Assembly: GCF_009914755.1 (NCBI RefSeq) | Contig: NC_060928.1 | Strand: one strand, 5' to 3' | From: the human T2T-CHM13v2.0 reference genome, Homo sapiens | DNA: 64,000 nucleotides | Shown here: positions 29,387 to 41,206 of the stretch, in pieces | How the letters are laid out: each line of letters opens with the position of its first letter | Numbering within the stretch: position 1 is the first letter of the stretch | Made by a program: the position numbers and the translations under genes | The notes under the pieces: model-generated | Told to the model about the DNA's origin: nothing | What the model saw: the letters and a program-made list of their open reading frames with translations, nothing else | Database searches by the model: none

Positions 29387-31362
29387 CTGCAGAGGGAGAA
29401 ACAGAAAAACAAAACAAAACAAAAAAACCCACGTTTAGAATTTTTAATAATATGAGAAAACATGGTAGATTTAGTCAAGGTTTTTTAGCTTTTTTTTTTT
29501 TTTTTTTACACAGCAACAACCATTTTCAAAAGAAATCCTATGTAAAACCTTGGTATATAAACATAATAAGGGAATGGGAAGTTGGGAAGCCTAGAATGCT
29601 GCATGCTTGGTTCCCTGACCTGGGGACCTTAGGTTCAGCACCTTAAGGTTCTGTGGGACTGAGTTTGAAAACCACTGTACTGTATTTTTTAAAAAGCAGC
29701 AGAAGCTGCCTCTAAATATATACAATAAGATTTTGATTTTAGAAATAAAATGTTAATGTGGGCATATGTATAAAATGTTAATGGGAGAACTCTAGGTGGT
29801 AGTGGTTTAAAGAATTTAAATTTTCTTTATGTTCTTTGCCATTTTCCAAAATTTCAATTATGAATGCATATATTCCCTTGTGATTAGGTAAAAAATTCAA
29901 TAAAGTTTATACAACAAAACAAGTCAGAATTTGGAATTTAAACAGCTGCAGATTTGTGTTTACACTATACATTCCAGTAAAAATTAACCAGTTTTAGACA
30001 TGTCCTCAAACACAGGCTGCTTATGCTTTTAATGATTAGATTTATAAATATGCAATAGGCTATAAAAATATTAAGAGATAAAGATTTTAAAAGATATGTA
30101 CATCTTTAAAAACAATGGCTATCCCTTAAACATTTGGTTCAACATTAGCGCTATACTCTTCTGAAAACCAGAGCAATATACAAATACTGTAATCACTTTT
30201 GGATTACAAAACAAAGCTGAAAACTCAGGTATCCTTATGTCATTCTGAAGAGATAAAGAAATACCACAGTTTCCATATTTTAAAAAAGTAGATAATTAAA
30301 GGGTTGAGAGAACCCTTTAATTGAGAACCTAATGTTGAGAGAACATAATGGAAACTGGAATACAAGGTCTCTTGATACTCATCCCCCAAATTTTAACAGT
30401 ATAGCACACTGTTCAAAGTAGAGGTAAATGACAATTGAAAAGGTACTCCTTTTCACATATTACAAATCTGGTGTGAAATCTGCTTAATGTAATTGTTCTT
30501 AATAAAGAAGATGCGATAGACAGAATTAAAGGTAAAGACTGCCATGGATTCACTGTAAGGACCTTTCAGAGAGACCTTTTTTGACAAATGAGGTAGAAAT
30601 CACACTTGTTTAACAGGGGTATGATGACGATAATAGAAAGATAGGATTTTAATAGGAGGGCTTTACAGGAGGAGATAAAAGCAACAGCAAAGGCACTGAG
30701 AAGAGAAAGTCAAAAAGTCCAGTTTGGCAGAAACCATTTTGAAAACTGGATCGAGGATTTCTTCCTTAATTCGTTAGTCAACAGTAGGCTCAAAAAGACT
30801 TAAGAACTGGGCAGTGACACTATCATAATTATAAAAGGACTATATGTCAGCTGTATAAAACATAAGATAACCAAGTTAGAAAGCTGTGACAATAGTTCAG
30901 AATGAGAGAACAAATTACCCACAGGCCTCAGCTTTTGCCTAGACTTAGAGATAGGGTGGGTGTAAGGTGGGTAGGTAATTTAAAAAGGCTCAGACGCTTG
31001 AAGCCTGAATTTGTCCCACTTGCGGAAATAAGAATATCAAAAAAAGAGAGAGAAAACATGATTTCTGCTTGAATATGATGAGTCATCAAAGATACAGAAC
31101 AACAAAAAGGATTAGAGATTAGAGAGTAGAGAGTTTCAAACAGGAAGCCGACAACACTAGCAAATGAGAAAGGAAATTTACAGACAATCACCAATTTTAA
31201 GACAAAACGCTATGGCTTTCCTAGAATAGAAACATCTGAAGTGTAATAATTAAATCTAATTTAAGAGCACACTGTCACTATTTCAGTAACTCTACACAGA
31301 AAGGGCCCAAATTCACCAATAATAGAGGAAGAAGTCCCAACCATGACAAGATTTTCCCTTAC

Positions 31363-31544
31363 CTTTTTTCATGAAGATGCATACAACGCACAGTGGAAGT
31401 ATGCCCATATAAGGTGTGTATACATTCTCCAGTCTCTGCATTCCACACTTTGAGTGTCCGATCTGTAGATCCACTAATGATGATGTTGTCTCTCATTTGT
31501 GATGACCATACTCCACCTGTATGTCCCACTAATGTTCTCAGACA
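31363..31544 (-). CDS. FBXW7: FBXW7 shared exon 7 (WD40 repeats; R465 codon CGT at 31386-31388)
   Basis: 182 bp within ORF 31359..31556; ttccag acceptor and AG|gtaagg donor. Confidence 0.98.
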
Positions 31545-32826
31545 CTGGAAAAACACTTAAGATGATTACTTTTGGGTAGAAAGGAAAAGTGATTTAAATA
31601 AAATTTAATAGCTCATTAAAATTTGGAGTAAAGTTACTTATTTAATTTGTTTGGCTCTTCAGAAAATATTACATCCGTATAAAATGATCCCATCACTATT
31701 TATTGTTTTGTTTATTCAAAAGCATTATAAATTTATATAAGCACAAGCAATTGTGTATGTAGTATGTAGAAAGCAAACATATGATATAAAACATGATATA
31801 ATAAAAAGGAAACACGACATGAAAGCAGTTATGATAGCTCTGGCCTGGCCTCTTTGATGAAATAATACTGAAATTGCAACTGGGTTTCTTCCATGGGAAT
31901 AGATTCAATGAAAGTATGCCAACAGTATTGGGTGTGGCTACATACCACATTTCATCTGAATCTGCCCCAGGGCAGTAGTTAGGAGCCAGTGAAGCTACTT
32001 CTAGACAAGTAAAGACAGACATTAAAGCCCTGTAATAAATCCCAAACTAATATTACACTATGGAAATATAAAGCTGCTTTAAAAAATTTTAACATCTGAC
32101 TTGGAATATTTATAAGATACTTGCCAAGAAGCAACATGGTAAAAGACATTTTAAAAGACATGGATTTTTTTTTGTTTTCATACTCTCTTCTGTTATTTTT
32201 TAGGTGGCAATTACTTAATTCATGAAAATATTCTCTACTGGACAGATAAAAATAAATATTCACTAGAGAATCATTAAGGTATGATATGGTACACAGTCAA
32301 GCTGATTGCTTGGGCTTTTTCTTCAAACTTAACATTTAAATGCCTTGTCCACTCTCATCTCACAAGGGTTTGAGATAAGTATAAATTAACATGATTTATT
32401 AAGTTCTAAACTACAGGTAGGTTATCAACAAAGCAGTTTATAAGGAAAAATAAATATCCCTCAACCATACTTTTGAAAAACATTACAAAGTAATGAGGTA
32501 TAACTTAGATAGTAAATAAAAGTGGGGAAAAATTGAGCCAAGAAAAACATAAAGCACCCTTGAAAATGTTAAAGTATCTGTCACAAAGATAGACAAACTA
32601 TGTAAATGAAAAAAAATTAATGAAACCTCTATCATGAGAAGCATCACTATCCTCATGCCATTGGCTTTCATAAATATGGGGAAAAAAGCTAAGTTATGAG
32701 CTCTGATATTTGCTATCCAAATAACTAAGAATCAAAAATGAATTATTGTTTTCTTTTTTCCAGTTGCTACTTGCAATGATATACACAAAATTATGACTTT
32801 GTGAAGTGTAGGAAGAGTAAACTTAC

Positions 32827-32940
32827 TTTGCCTGTGACTGCTGACCAAACTTTTAAAGTGTTGTCATCAGAACCACTAACTATTCGGTTACCACAAAACT
32901 GTAAGCATGTGATCACATGATCATCATGTCCTTTCAGCAC
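32827..32940 (-). CDS. FBXW7: FBXW7 shared exon 6 (VLKGHDDHVITCLQFCGNRIVSGSDDNTLKVWSAVTGK; WD40 repeat)
   Basis: 114 bp, cttatag acceptor and AAA|gtaagt donor; GH...W WD40 pattern. Confidence 0.97.
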
Positions 32941-33886
32941 CTATAAGAAAGATGTGCAGATTAGAAATATGTTAATTAAATTATGTTCTTTAAAATACTG
33001 GTGAAGAGAAAAATGAAGGCATAAACAGGAACAGTAATTTGTAGTCTATCTCTAGAATTTAAATTTATATAAAGCATTATTTTTCCTGGCTGACGAATCC
33101 AGAATTAAACATTTTATTGTTTCCATAGTCTATTATTTATACTCAAAACATCAACTATTAAAGTTTTACTGCATCAAGACCTCATAAAGATGGTTCAAAC
33201 ACCAATGTATTTGACAATAATCTATTCCATCTGTTCAAACCAGAAGAATATGCCTCTAATTTTTACAACTTTGACACACAAGAACAAAATAAGCATCTAT
33301 TAACCACAAAGAGTAACAATTATTAGCATTCTTAAAACAAAAAAAATCATAATATATACATATTAGTATAACAATGTCTCCCCAAATTGGTTTTTTCCAG
33401 TTGTAAAAATACGCCCAATAATTTCAAGTGTTTTTACCATTCTTTATGTATTTGAAATGTTATTAGACAGAAAACCAGAATTATGCTTCAATTTGTAAAA
33501 ATAAGACACACAAAAGTCACCAAATCCAAAACACAGACACTCCTCAAAAAATCATGTTTGGAGTATGTGATCAGAGGAGGCAGCAAATTCTTAGGTAGAA
33601 TGTGTATGACACAGTAAAATTCAATAGGATATTGAGAGATTTTCATTTACGTAAGATAAAAAGATACTCAATTTAACTTATCTTTTATTCAAGCACAATT
33701 AGTTGTCAGATTAGAGAAATTAGCAATAAAAGAATATTGTCAGTTAATACTTTCAGTTATTTTAAAATATACGGTTTTCTTTCTACAGAAGAGGAGTGTC
33801 ATATTATACAGTTTGCCAAGTGAAATAGTACACTAGGTACTAACACTGATTAACGGTTTCTGTTACATTGTGCAGAGTTCAGTTAC

Positions 33887-34023
33887 CTTAGGAGATTTGA
33901 GTTCTCCTCGCCTCCAGTTAGTATCAATTCTGTGCTGTCTGATGTATGCACTTTTCCATGGACTGTGTATGAAACCTGGTTTTATTACTTTTCTTCTCTT
34001 GATGTGCAATGGTTCATCAATCC
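33887..34023 (-). CDS. FBXW7: FBXW7 shared exon 5 (IDEPLHIKRRKVIKPGFIHSPWKSAYIRQHRIDTNWRRGELKSPK; linker)
   Basis: 137 bp within ORF 33863..34144; ctttag acceptor and AAG|gtaact donor. Confidence 0.96.
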
Positions 34024-34254
34024 CTAAAGTGTTACAGTTCAAGAGTAAATTGCCTTCACCAATAATAACAGTTATACATTTTATAAAGTATTCCATCTTT
34101 ATAAAGAGTATTCCATCTCTCTGCTCAAAACCACTGAAATGCAAGACATTGTCAAATTTCCAATACTGTTATCACAGTATGTAGCAATAATGTAAAGTTT
34201 ACATTCTATATGGCATATTTTTGTATTCACTATTTCATTTCTCAAAATGATTCT

Positions 34255-34915
34255 AAAATATGTTGGTGAAGATGTGAGGAAATTGGAATGCTTGTGCAAA
34301 TGGTGCAGCTGCTGTGGAAAATAGTCTGGTGGTTCCCCAAAACAAACACAGAATTAACATATGATCTAGCAATTCCACTTCTGGATACATAACCAAAACA
34401 ATTAAAAGCAGAGTCTCAAACAGTCATCTGTACACCCATGCTCATAGCAGGATTATTCACAGTAACTAAAACGTGCAAGCAATCCAAGGGTCCATCGAAA
34501 GATGGATAAACAAAATGTAGCATTAGATACATATACACAATGGAATAAAGGAAATTCTGACACATGCTATGACATGGATGAACCTTGAAGACATTATGCT
34601 AAGTGAAATAAGCTGATTACAAAAGGAAAAATATTGTATGATTTCACTTATATGAGGTACCTAGAGTAGTCAAACTCATAGAGACAGAAAGTAAAAGGGT
34701 GGTTGCCAGAGGCTGTGGAGAGGAATAATGGGGAGTTAGAACAGGGGGCATGGAGTTTCATGTGAAGATGATGAAGTTCTGAACACAGATGGTAGTGAAT
34801 CTGAACACAGATGGTAGTTGCAAAACAATGTGAATGTACTTAATGCCACTGAACTGTACATATAAAAATGGTTAAACTGATAAATTACATACATGTTATC
34901 ACAATTTTTAAAAGA
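34255..34915 (+). mobile_element. L1MA/MB-type 3' end in an FBXW7 intron (antisense to the gene)
   Basis: tgttggtgaagatgtgaggaaattggaa...catggatgaaccttgaagacattatgctaagtgaaataag...cttaatgccactgaactgtaca. Confidence 0.88.
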
Positions 34916-35750
34916 TCATTTAAAAAATGATTATATGGAAGAAGGGAAGGCACAGATTAATTCCACTTTATGTATGCAAATACTTAAGAATGAAGATTTC
35001 ACTGATTAATCCAAGCCCTACAGAGGTCAAAAGCAGGATGACAAACCAAGCACCCTGGATCTTTACCTCAAACCTTTATTAACTGGACTAACCATCAATG
35101 CTTCCTACTTGACTATAACTACCATGAAGGGAATAATCACCTATAGAGTACCTACATCATGCTCTATGATTCTTTCTAAAATATTTTGCTTCTGAGGCAC
35201 ATAGTATTTTTATATTTTTTCAAAAATATTTTTCTGGATGTCTGCTGGGAAAAAAAACAAAAACAAAAAAAACAGTTCTCCCAATACACAGGATAACTAC
35301 TCCTCTACTAAGGAAAAAAACAGGTTTCAAGAACATAAGCTCCATGACAAAAGAGAACTTCAGTTCACTGCTGTATCCCCCACCTTGAAGAAATGTCTGG
35401 CTCATAGGAGGTGTTCAATAAACATTTATGAAAAGAATGAATTAATACTAAATATTTGGATATTTAATTGGAAATATAATTTCGGGGTTTCCTTTAAGTC
35501 ATCCTCATCTTGACTTTTTCATTGTTTATTAATTCTACTAGTGATAGGAAGCAAATCAGATATATTTGCTATTAGTTATATTGCTTGTTAAAGGGGTTAG
35601 CTGTTAAGATTCGGCTCATCTGAATGTGTAGAATAATCTGTGGATTTTATCATAAGTAGCTGAATATTATTTTTATTTTTTCTACTTGTTTTCAGAATCA
35701 CTCTGCTTTTCAAAGTATAAACATATTCTCTATGCAATTTTGAACCTTAC

Positions 35751-35874
35751 CCTCTTCTTTGCATTTCTCTCTCCAGAGAAGGTTGTCTTCAGCCAAAATT
35801 CTCCAGTAGCGACATGTCTGAGCTGCTTGTAGCAGGTCTTTGGGTTCCAGGAATGAAAGCACATAGAGTGCCAA
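35751..35874 (-). CDS. FBXW7: FBXW7 shared exon 4 (LALYVLSFLEPKDLLQAAQTCRYWRILAEDNLLWREKCKEEG; F-box)
   Basis: 124 bp, ttttcttag acceptor and G|gtaagg donor; hand translation gives an F-box consensus. Confidence 0.97.
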
Positions 35875-36847
35875 CTAAGAAAAAAATGCATAGTATAATA
35901 CCCATATTTAAATAAATATATATATTATATAATAAGTTAATTATTCTCCACAGGATGAGATACTTGATAAATATAATTCTGCACTCTGATTTCTAAAATT
36001 ATGAAAGGCAGTAACTTCAGTCCTAACAAATATATACCAGATAAAAAACACACACACACCTTATGGTTTTTATGAACTTCACTCTACTAACTCTTTACCC
36101 TCTTCAAGGACTACTTATTAAACCTCTCTGTCTCTGCTCTTGCCTTTACTCTGTGAGCCTCAACTCAATTTTTTAAAAAAAATGTTATTAGTTGTTTAAC
36201 TTTTTTCTCTATCCTACTACAATGTAAATTCACTGAAGATAGGACCTAAATGCTTCCCTGACAGATAAGAAATGAGATTTGTATATATTCTGTGTGGTAT
36301 GACTCCAGATCATTTTTGATAGATATATATCATAATTAACAGTCTTCAAATCAAAGTGTTTATTATTGTAATGAACTTCTGAAACACTTACATCCTTGAC
36401 TGTAAATGACAAAGGGGGACAATTATTAAACCATTCCATAGACATATAAAAGTAATTGAGTTCTGATTACCTTATATTACTTATAAGGATCTTCTTGATG
36501 GGCCACATAAGAGTTGTATATTTGAGCTAAATCTTTGGTATACCACTGATTTAAAAACTTTGTTTATAATACTTATAAACTATTGATTTTTTTTCAGTGT
36601 GTCAGTTCAAATAAATAAAAAGGAAAAATAAAGAGAAAAAAAAAGAAAGAAGGGGAATTATAGCCTCTGACTGATTATTCAAGTAGCCTCACATATCACA
36701 TAAAATTTTAAATTATGATACTAGGGAAAACAATTTAAATAGAGCAATTAAGTTCAGTTTTCATATGAAATAAATGACAAGAACTAACATAAATTATCCG
36801 TTAAAGGGTCAAGGGTCACACAGGGAGTAAAAGCACAATTTTAATTA

Positions 36848-37237
<390 letters not shown>

Positions 37238-38284
37238 CTCATCATTAATTACATATGTATTGAGTATATTCAATATACAAAATACTCCAACCAGCCAATA
37301 TTCAGTTTAATACTACTACTGATGAATGATAGTGAAAAACTTTTTGTGAAATAATTACTTTTGGTATATCAGAGAAGACCAGTATTATGTAGAGAAGCTG
37401 AGTCATTTAAAATAAAAAGGTGTAACTATATTCAACAATACTCACACATATATAGTCTCAATATTGTACTTAACAGATACTCCAAAAGCTACTTAATTTG
37501 GGAATTACCAATCAATCAAAGCCTAGGCAAGTTCGCTTTGTGTCAGTATAGCAGTAATGTGGTGTTACCATTACTAATCTATGTGGAATTGTAATTTAAC
37601 ATAGAAGCTATCAGGCATAAAAATATTTGTGCAAAAGAGATGCTAATTAATGACCAAAATATTTATCTAAAAACAGAAAAAGTCTATTCTTTTCTTTGCT
37701 TTCGTTATCTAACTGAAGTACAAATCAGGTAATTTACAGAAATAGTCAATGTATCTTAAAGACTAGGAAACAGCAAATCCAGAGCAGCTTAGATTTCAAA
37801 AGTACATCCCCAAATCACCAGGTAAAATTTCCAGCATTAATAGTGATTATGAGATCATCTAGTCCAGTGCATTAAAGAGAAATATAAAGAAATACTAAGG
37901 CGCTAAAGAAAGTTGAAGTGCTAACTCTACAGGTTACTGGCACACTTTCCTTAAAAGTAGTGAAGATACTAACTCAACCAAGAACTTCGACTTATTAAAT
38001 GTTTGCCTATTTACATCTAGCCAGTTCCATCAAAACATCTAAGCAATACAGAAAATACACAAAGCAAAACAAAAAAATATGAATTAAAAAATCAGAAAAG
38101 AAGGTTTAAACTAGAGAAAAAGTAGAGCACAAATATGCTGTCAACAAGGTTATGTCTTACAAGGTTTTGAATTAAACTGCCAAGCCAAAAAGAGAATAGC
38201 AATTAGTTGCATGATTCTTACTACGTATTATGAGGAGGAAGTATACCAGTTCCCTCAAAGGAAGCAAGGTTTTGTCATGTAGGG

Positions 38285-38438
38285 CTCTAAAATGAACTGA
38301 ATGTCCATATTCCCTCAAATTCATGTTGAAATCCTAACCCTCAATGTGATGGTATTAGGAAGTGAGGTGTTTGGAAAATAATTAGGTCATGAGGTTGGAG
38401 TCCTCATGAATGGAATTAGTACTCTCATAAAAGGGACA
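38285..38438 (+). mobile_element. MaLR LTR (MST/MLT1A-like) 5' fragment
   Basis: aaattcatgttgaaatcctaaccctcaatgtgatggtattagga...ctcatgaatggaattagt. Confidence 0.75.
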
Positions 38439-38466
38439 TCCCCCCCTACCACCACCCCCACCCCGC

Positions 38467-38623
38467 AAAAAAATTACCCAAGTGTGGTGGCACATGCCTG
38501 TAGTCCTAGCTACTCAAGAGGCTAACATAGGAGAATCATTTGAGCCTAGGAGTTTGAGGCTGCAGTGAGCTATGATCATTCCACTGCATCCCAGCCTGGG
38601 CAACAGAGTGAGACTCTTGTCTG
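38467..38623 (+). mobile_element. Alu right-arm fragment
   Basis: aaaaattacccaagtgtggtggcacatgcctgtagtcc...agcctgggcaacagagtgagact, with no A tail. Confidence 0.85.
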
Positions 38624-40876
38624 TCCAACCGCTATGGTAGGGAGTTATGGGTTTCTTACAGCCAAGTCAAATGGTCCAGTTAATGCAGTTTTCTATTCAT
38701 TTGTTTTAAAGGTAAAACCCAGATTAGTATTTCTTCCTAAAGATCACTTCTGCCAGAGAAAAGCTCTTGAATTGAAACGTATTTCAGATAATTACCTTTT
38801 CCTTGTCCAACTCTGTAAGAATTGCTTTTATTTTTCTCTATAACCTACATAAAAGACAACCACATTGTACTTAAAAGGTAGCCAATATTTTCCCAGACTT
38901 GCTGTATTTCAGTGGATTAAACTAGTCAAGGAAAAAAAATTATTTTTAAATGTTGGCTAATCCTCTATTAAGAATTTCAGGTTTTGCTCTAGATCATCTA
39001 TTGTATGATTATGATTTTCTTGGTATTCACTTATAAAGACAATGCTATTCATCACAAGCCTCTAGTGTGAAATTAGTGAGACTTCTGTCAAGCTTTTTGA
39101 GATTAATAAAGTAAATGTTTGTAAATAGTTTTGAGATATGGCCAAAGGAATTATAAGAAAAATAAGTCCATTTCCTGACAAGAAGGTAATAATGTTTTAA
39201 ATAATAATACTTTGTTTCTGAGAAGATAATGTTTTCTATATCATTATTTATCCACTTAGACAATAAAGCATTTTTCAAAATAGGAATTTTTTTTTCTGGT
39301 AGTTGAAAACAAGAGGGAAACACAGATGATATGCTAAACCAAGGCTCTCCCTTAGTCTCCTATATAACTAATTTCACTTATTTTTCCCCAGGCAGTCTTT
39401 AAAAGAACACTTAAACTGAGAGAATCTTTACTGGATTTACCCTGGTTATTGATTATTTGTTTTTAATTCTTAGATTTTTCAAAATACTTTCATATTCTGA
39501 TCTTACACAACATTTTGTCTGTTAAGAAGTTATGGAAATTCAAATAAAGCAAAACAAACCAAAAACCTCACCATTATTAGAAATAAGAGAAAAAATGAGA
39601 CTATGAGAAAGCCTGCATTTTAACAAAAATGATAACCTCTAAAATACGGAGGATATCACTAAGTAAACTACAGAGAATATATCAAAGGTGAATAAAATCA
39701 CTTTCAGTCAAATACTTATGTAAGTGTTTCCCATTATTAATGCCCTTCTGGAAGCAAAGAGAGCTGACGTCACTTTCATAAGCCAAATCTATTCAAAGGA
39801 TTCAGTTTTAGAATGAGCCAGCAAAAATAAAAATTTTCTTCTGGGCCAAAGTCATTTTTAAAAAGCACTCAGTAGAAAACACATTTTAGGAAGAAAAGAT
39901 TTTCTCCACTTTGCTTTTCTCTGGAGTTATGCTTAGTTCCATGCATTAAATATGATACAACTATTTTATTCGTATCCAACGTGCAATTCTAATTGGGACT
40001 ATCTTTAACACCATTAGGATATTTAGAATGATAATCTTAAAAAAATGACTTTTTTCTGTTCAAATTTGAAGTTTCAGGATCATTTGAAATGGTATGTTAG
40101 TATTTTATATTGTCTTCTTAGCTGACATATAACTAGGGGCATATACATATTACTTATGAAAATATAAATCATGGTGATGCTGATTATTTAATGTTATATT
40201 ATTTCTGTTCACTGACAAAATTACTAGGTCTATAATATCAATAAAGGAACTATATCTAAACTATGCCTTATAGTTATGAATGCCCATATAATCAGTCTAT
40301 GATAGTTTCAGCTTACATAAAAATATAAAAAGAAATAGGCACAAATAATTCCCAAAGAAGTGCTGTTAGCATGTAATTAGTATGGGAAATCTGTATTTGT
40401 GTAATGGAGATGGGGAGGAGAATGATTAGAAAAATATACACATGTGAAATTATAATATTTGTATTTAAAATAATTACACAATGTTAAGTACCAGAGAACT
40501 AGAATTCAATAGAATCATAAACCTATTGGTCTTGAAGGGACTTAAGATATATAATAAAATAAGAGAAAAAATATTGCTATTTTAATATGGTCAGAATTTT
40601 AAAAAATCTACTATCATGAATATACCAAGATAACTAAAGGTTGGGCTTCAAATAACTTGACAAAAAAATCTTGGTAAATAAATAATCAAATTAGTGAAAC
40701 TCAATAGTTACTCTCACATATATGACTTATTCAAATAGTGGAAAGGAGTTACTTAGTTCACATGCATTCTTTAATCTGACAATTACATTATTAAGTCATG
40801 GCAATTTATCAATTTACAGCCCTCTTTACCACTAATTAAGAGTGTCAAACTGACAATACCGAATACCATAATTAGC

Positions 40877-41206
40877 ATGACAATGTTTAAAGGTGGTAGC
40901 TGTTGAGTTATATATTCAAATAACACCCAATGAAGAATGTAATTGATAATCTTTACCTCTTTAGGGAGCAATGAAATGAAGTCTCGTTGAAACTGGGGTT
41001 CTATCACTTGCATCATATGTTTTACTTGTGTTGGTTCACAACTATCAATGAGTTCATCTAAAGCAAGCAATTTCTCTGGTCCACTCCAGCTCTATCAAAG
41101 AGAATTAGAAATTTTTATTGTTTTAACAGATGTCCCAAATTACAGGCTTATAAAGGAAAACTCACATCTACACACAACCATAGTTGATCAGGGTAGAACT
41201 GTATAA
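40877..41206 (+). ncRNA. FBXW7-AS1: FBXW7-AS1 (DEspR/DEAR) antisense unit: spliced 85-codon frame with in-frame TGA at codon 14
   Basis: join(40877..40892,40965..41206) across a 72-nt GT-AG intron gives MTMFKGSNEMKSR*NWGSITCIICFTCVGSQLSMSSSKASNFSGPLQLYQRELEIFIVLTDVPNYRLIKENSHLHTTIVDQGRTV. This matches my recollection of DEspR, which has W at position 14. Coding status is disputed. Confidence 0.7.
40957..41091 (-). CDS. FBXW7: FBXW7 shared exon 3 (SWSGPEKLLALDELIDSCEPTQVKHMMQVIEPQFQRDFISLLPKE; dimerization domain and start of F-box)
   Basis: 135 bp, gatag acceptor and GAG|gtaaag donor; overlaps ORF 40783..41070. Confidence 0.97.

Noticed and set aside
34778-34818. Direct repeat tctgaacacagatggtagt x2 (also 59729-59768 and 23737-23766)
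   Set aside because: Two-copy slippage duplications, not CRISPR-like arrays; no spacer series, and the context is eukaryotic.
40988-40990. Selenocysteine reading of the antisense TGA
   Set aside because: No SECIS-like element recognised downstream by eye; a SECIS search would be needed to revisit this.
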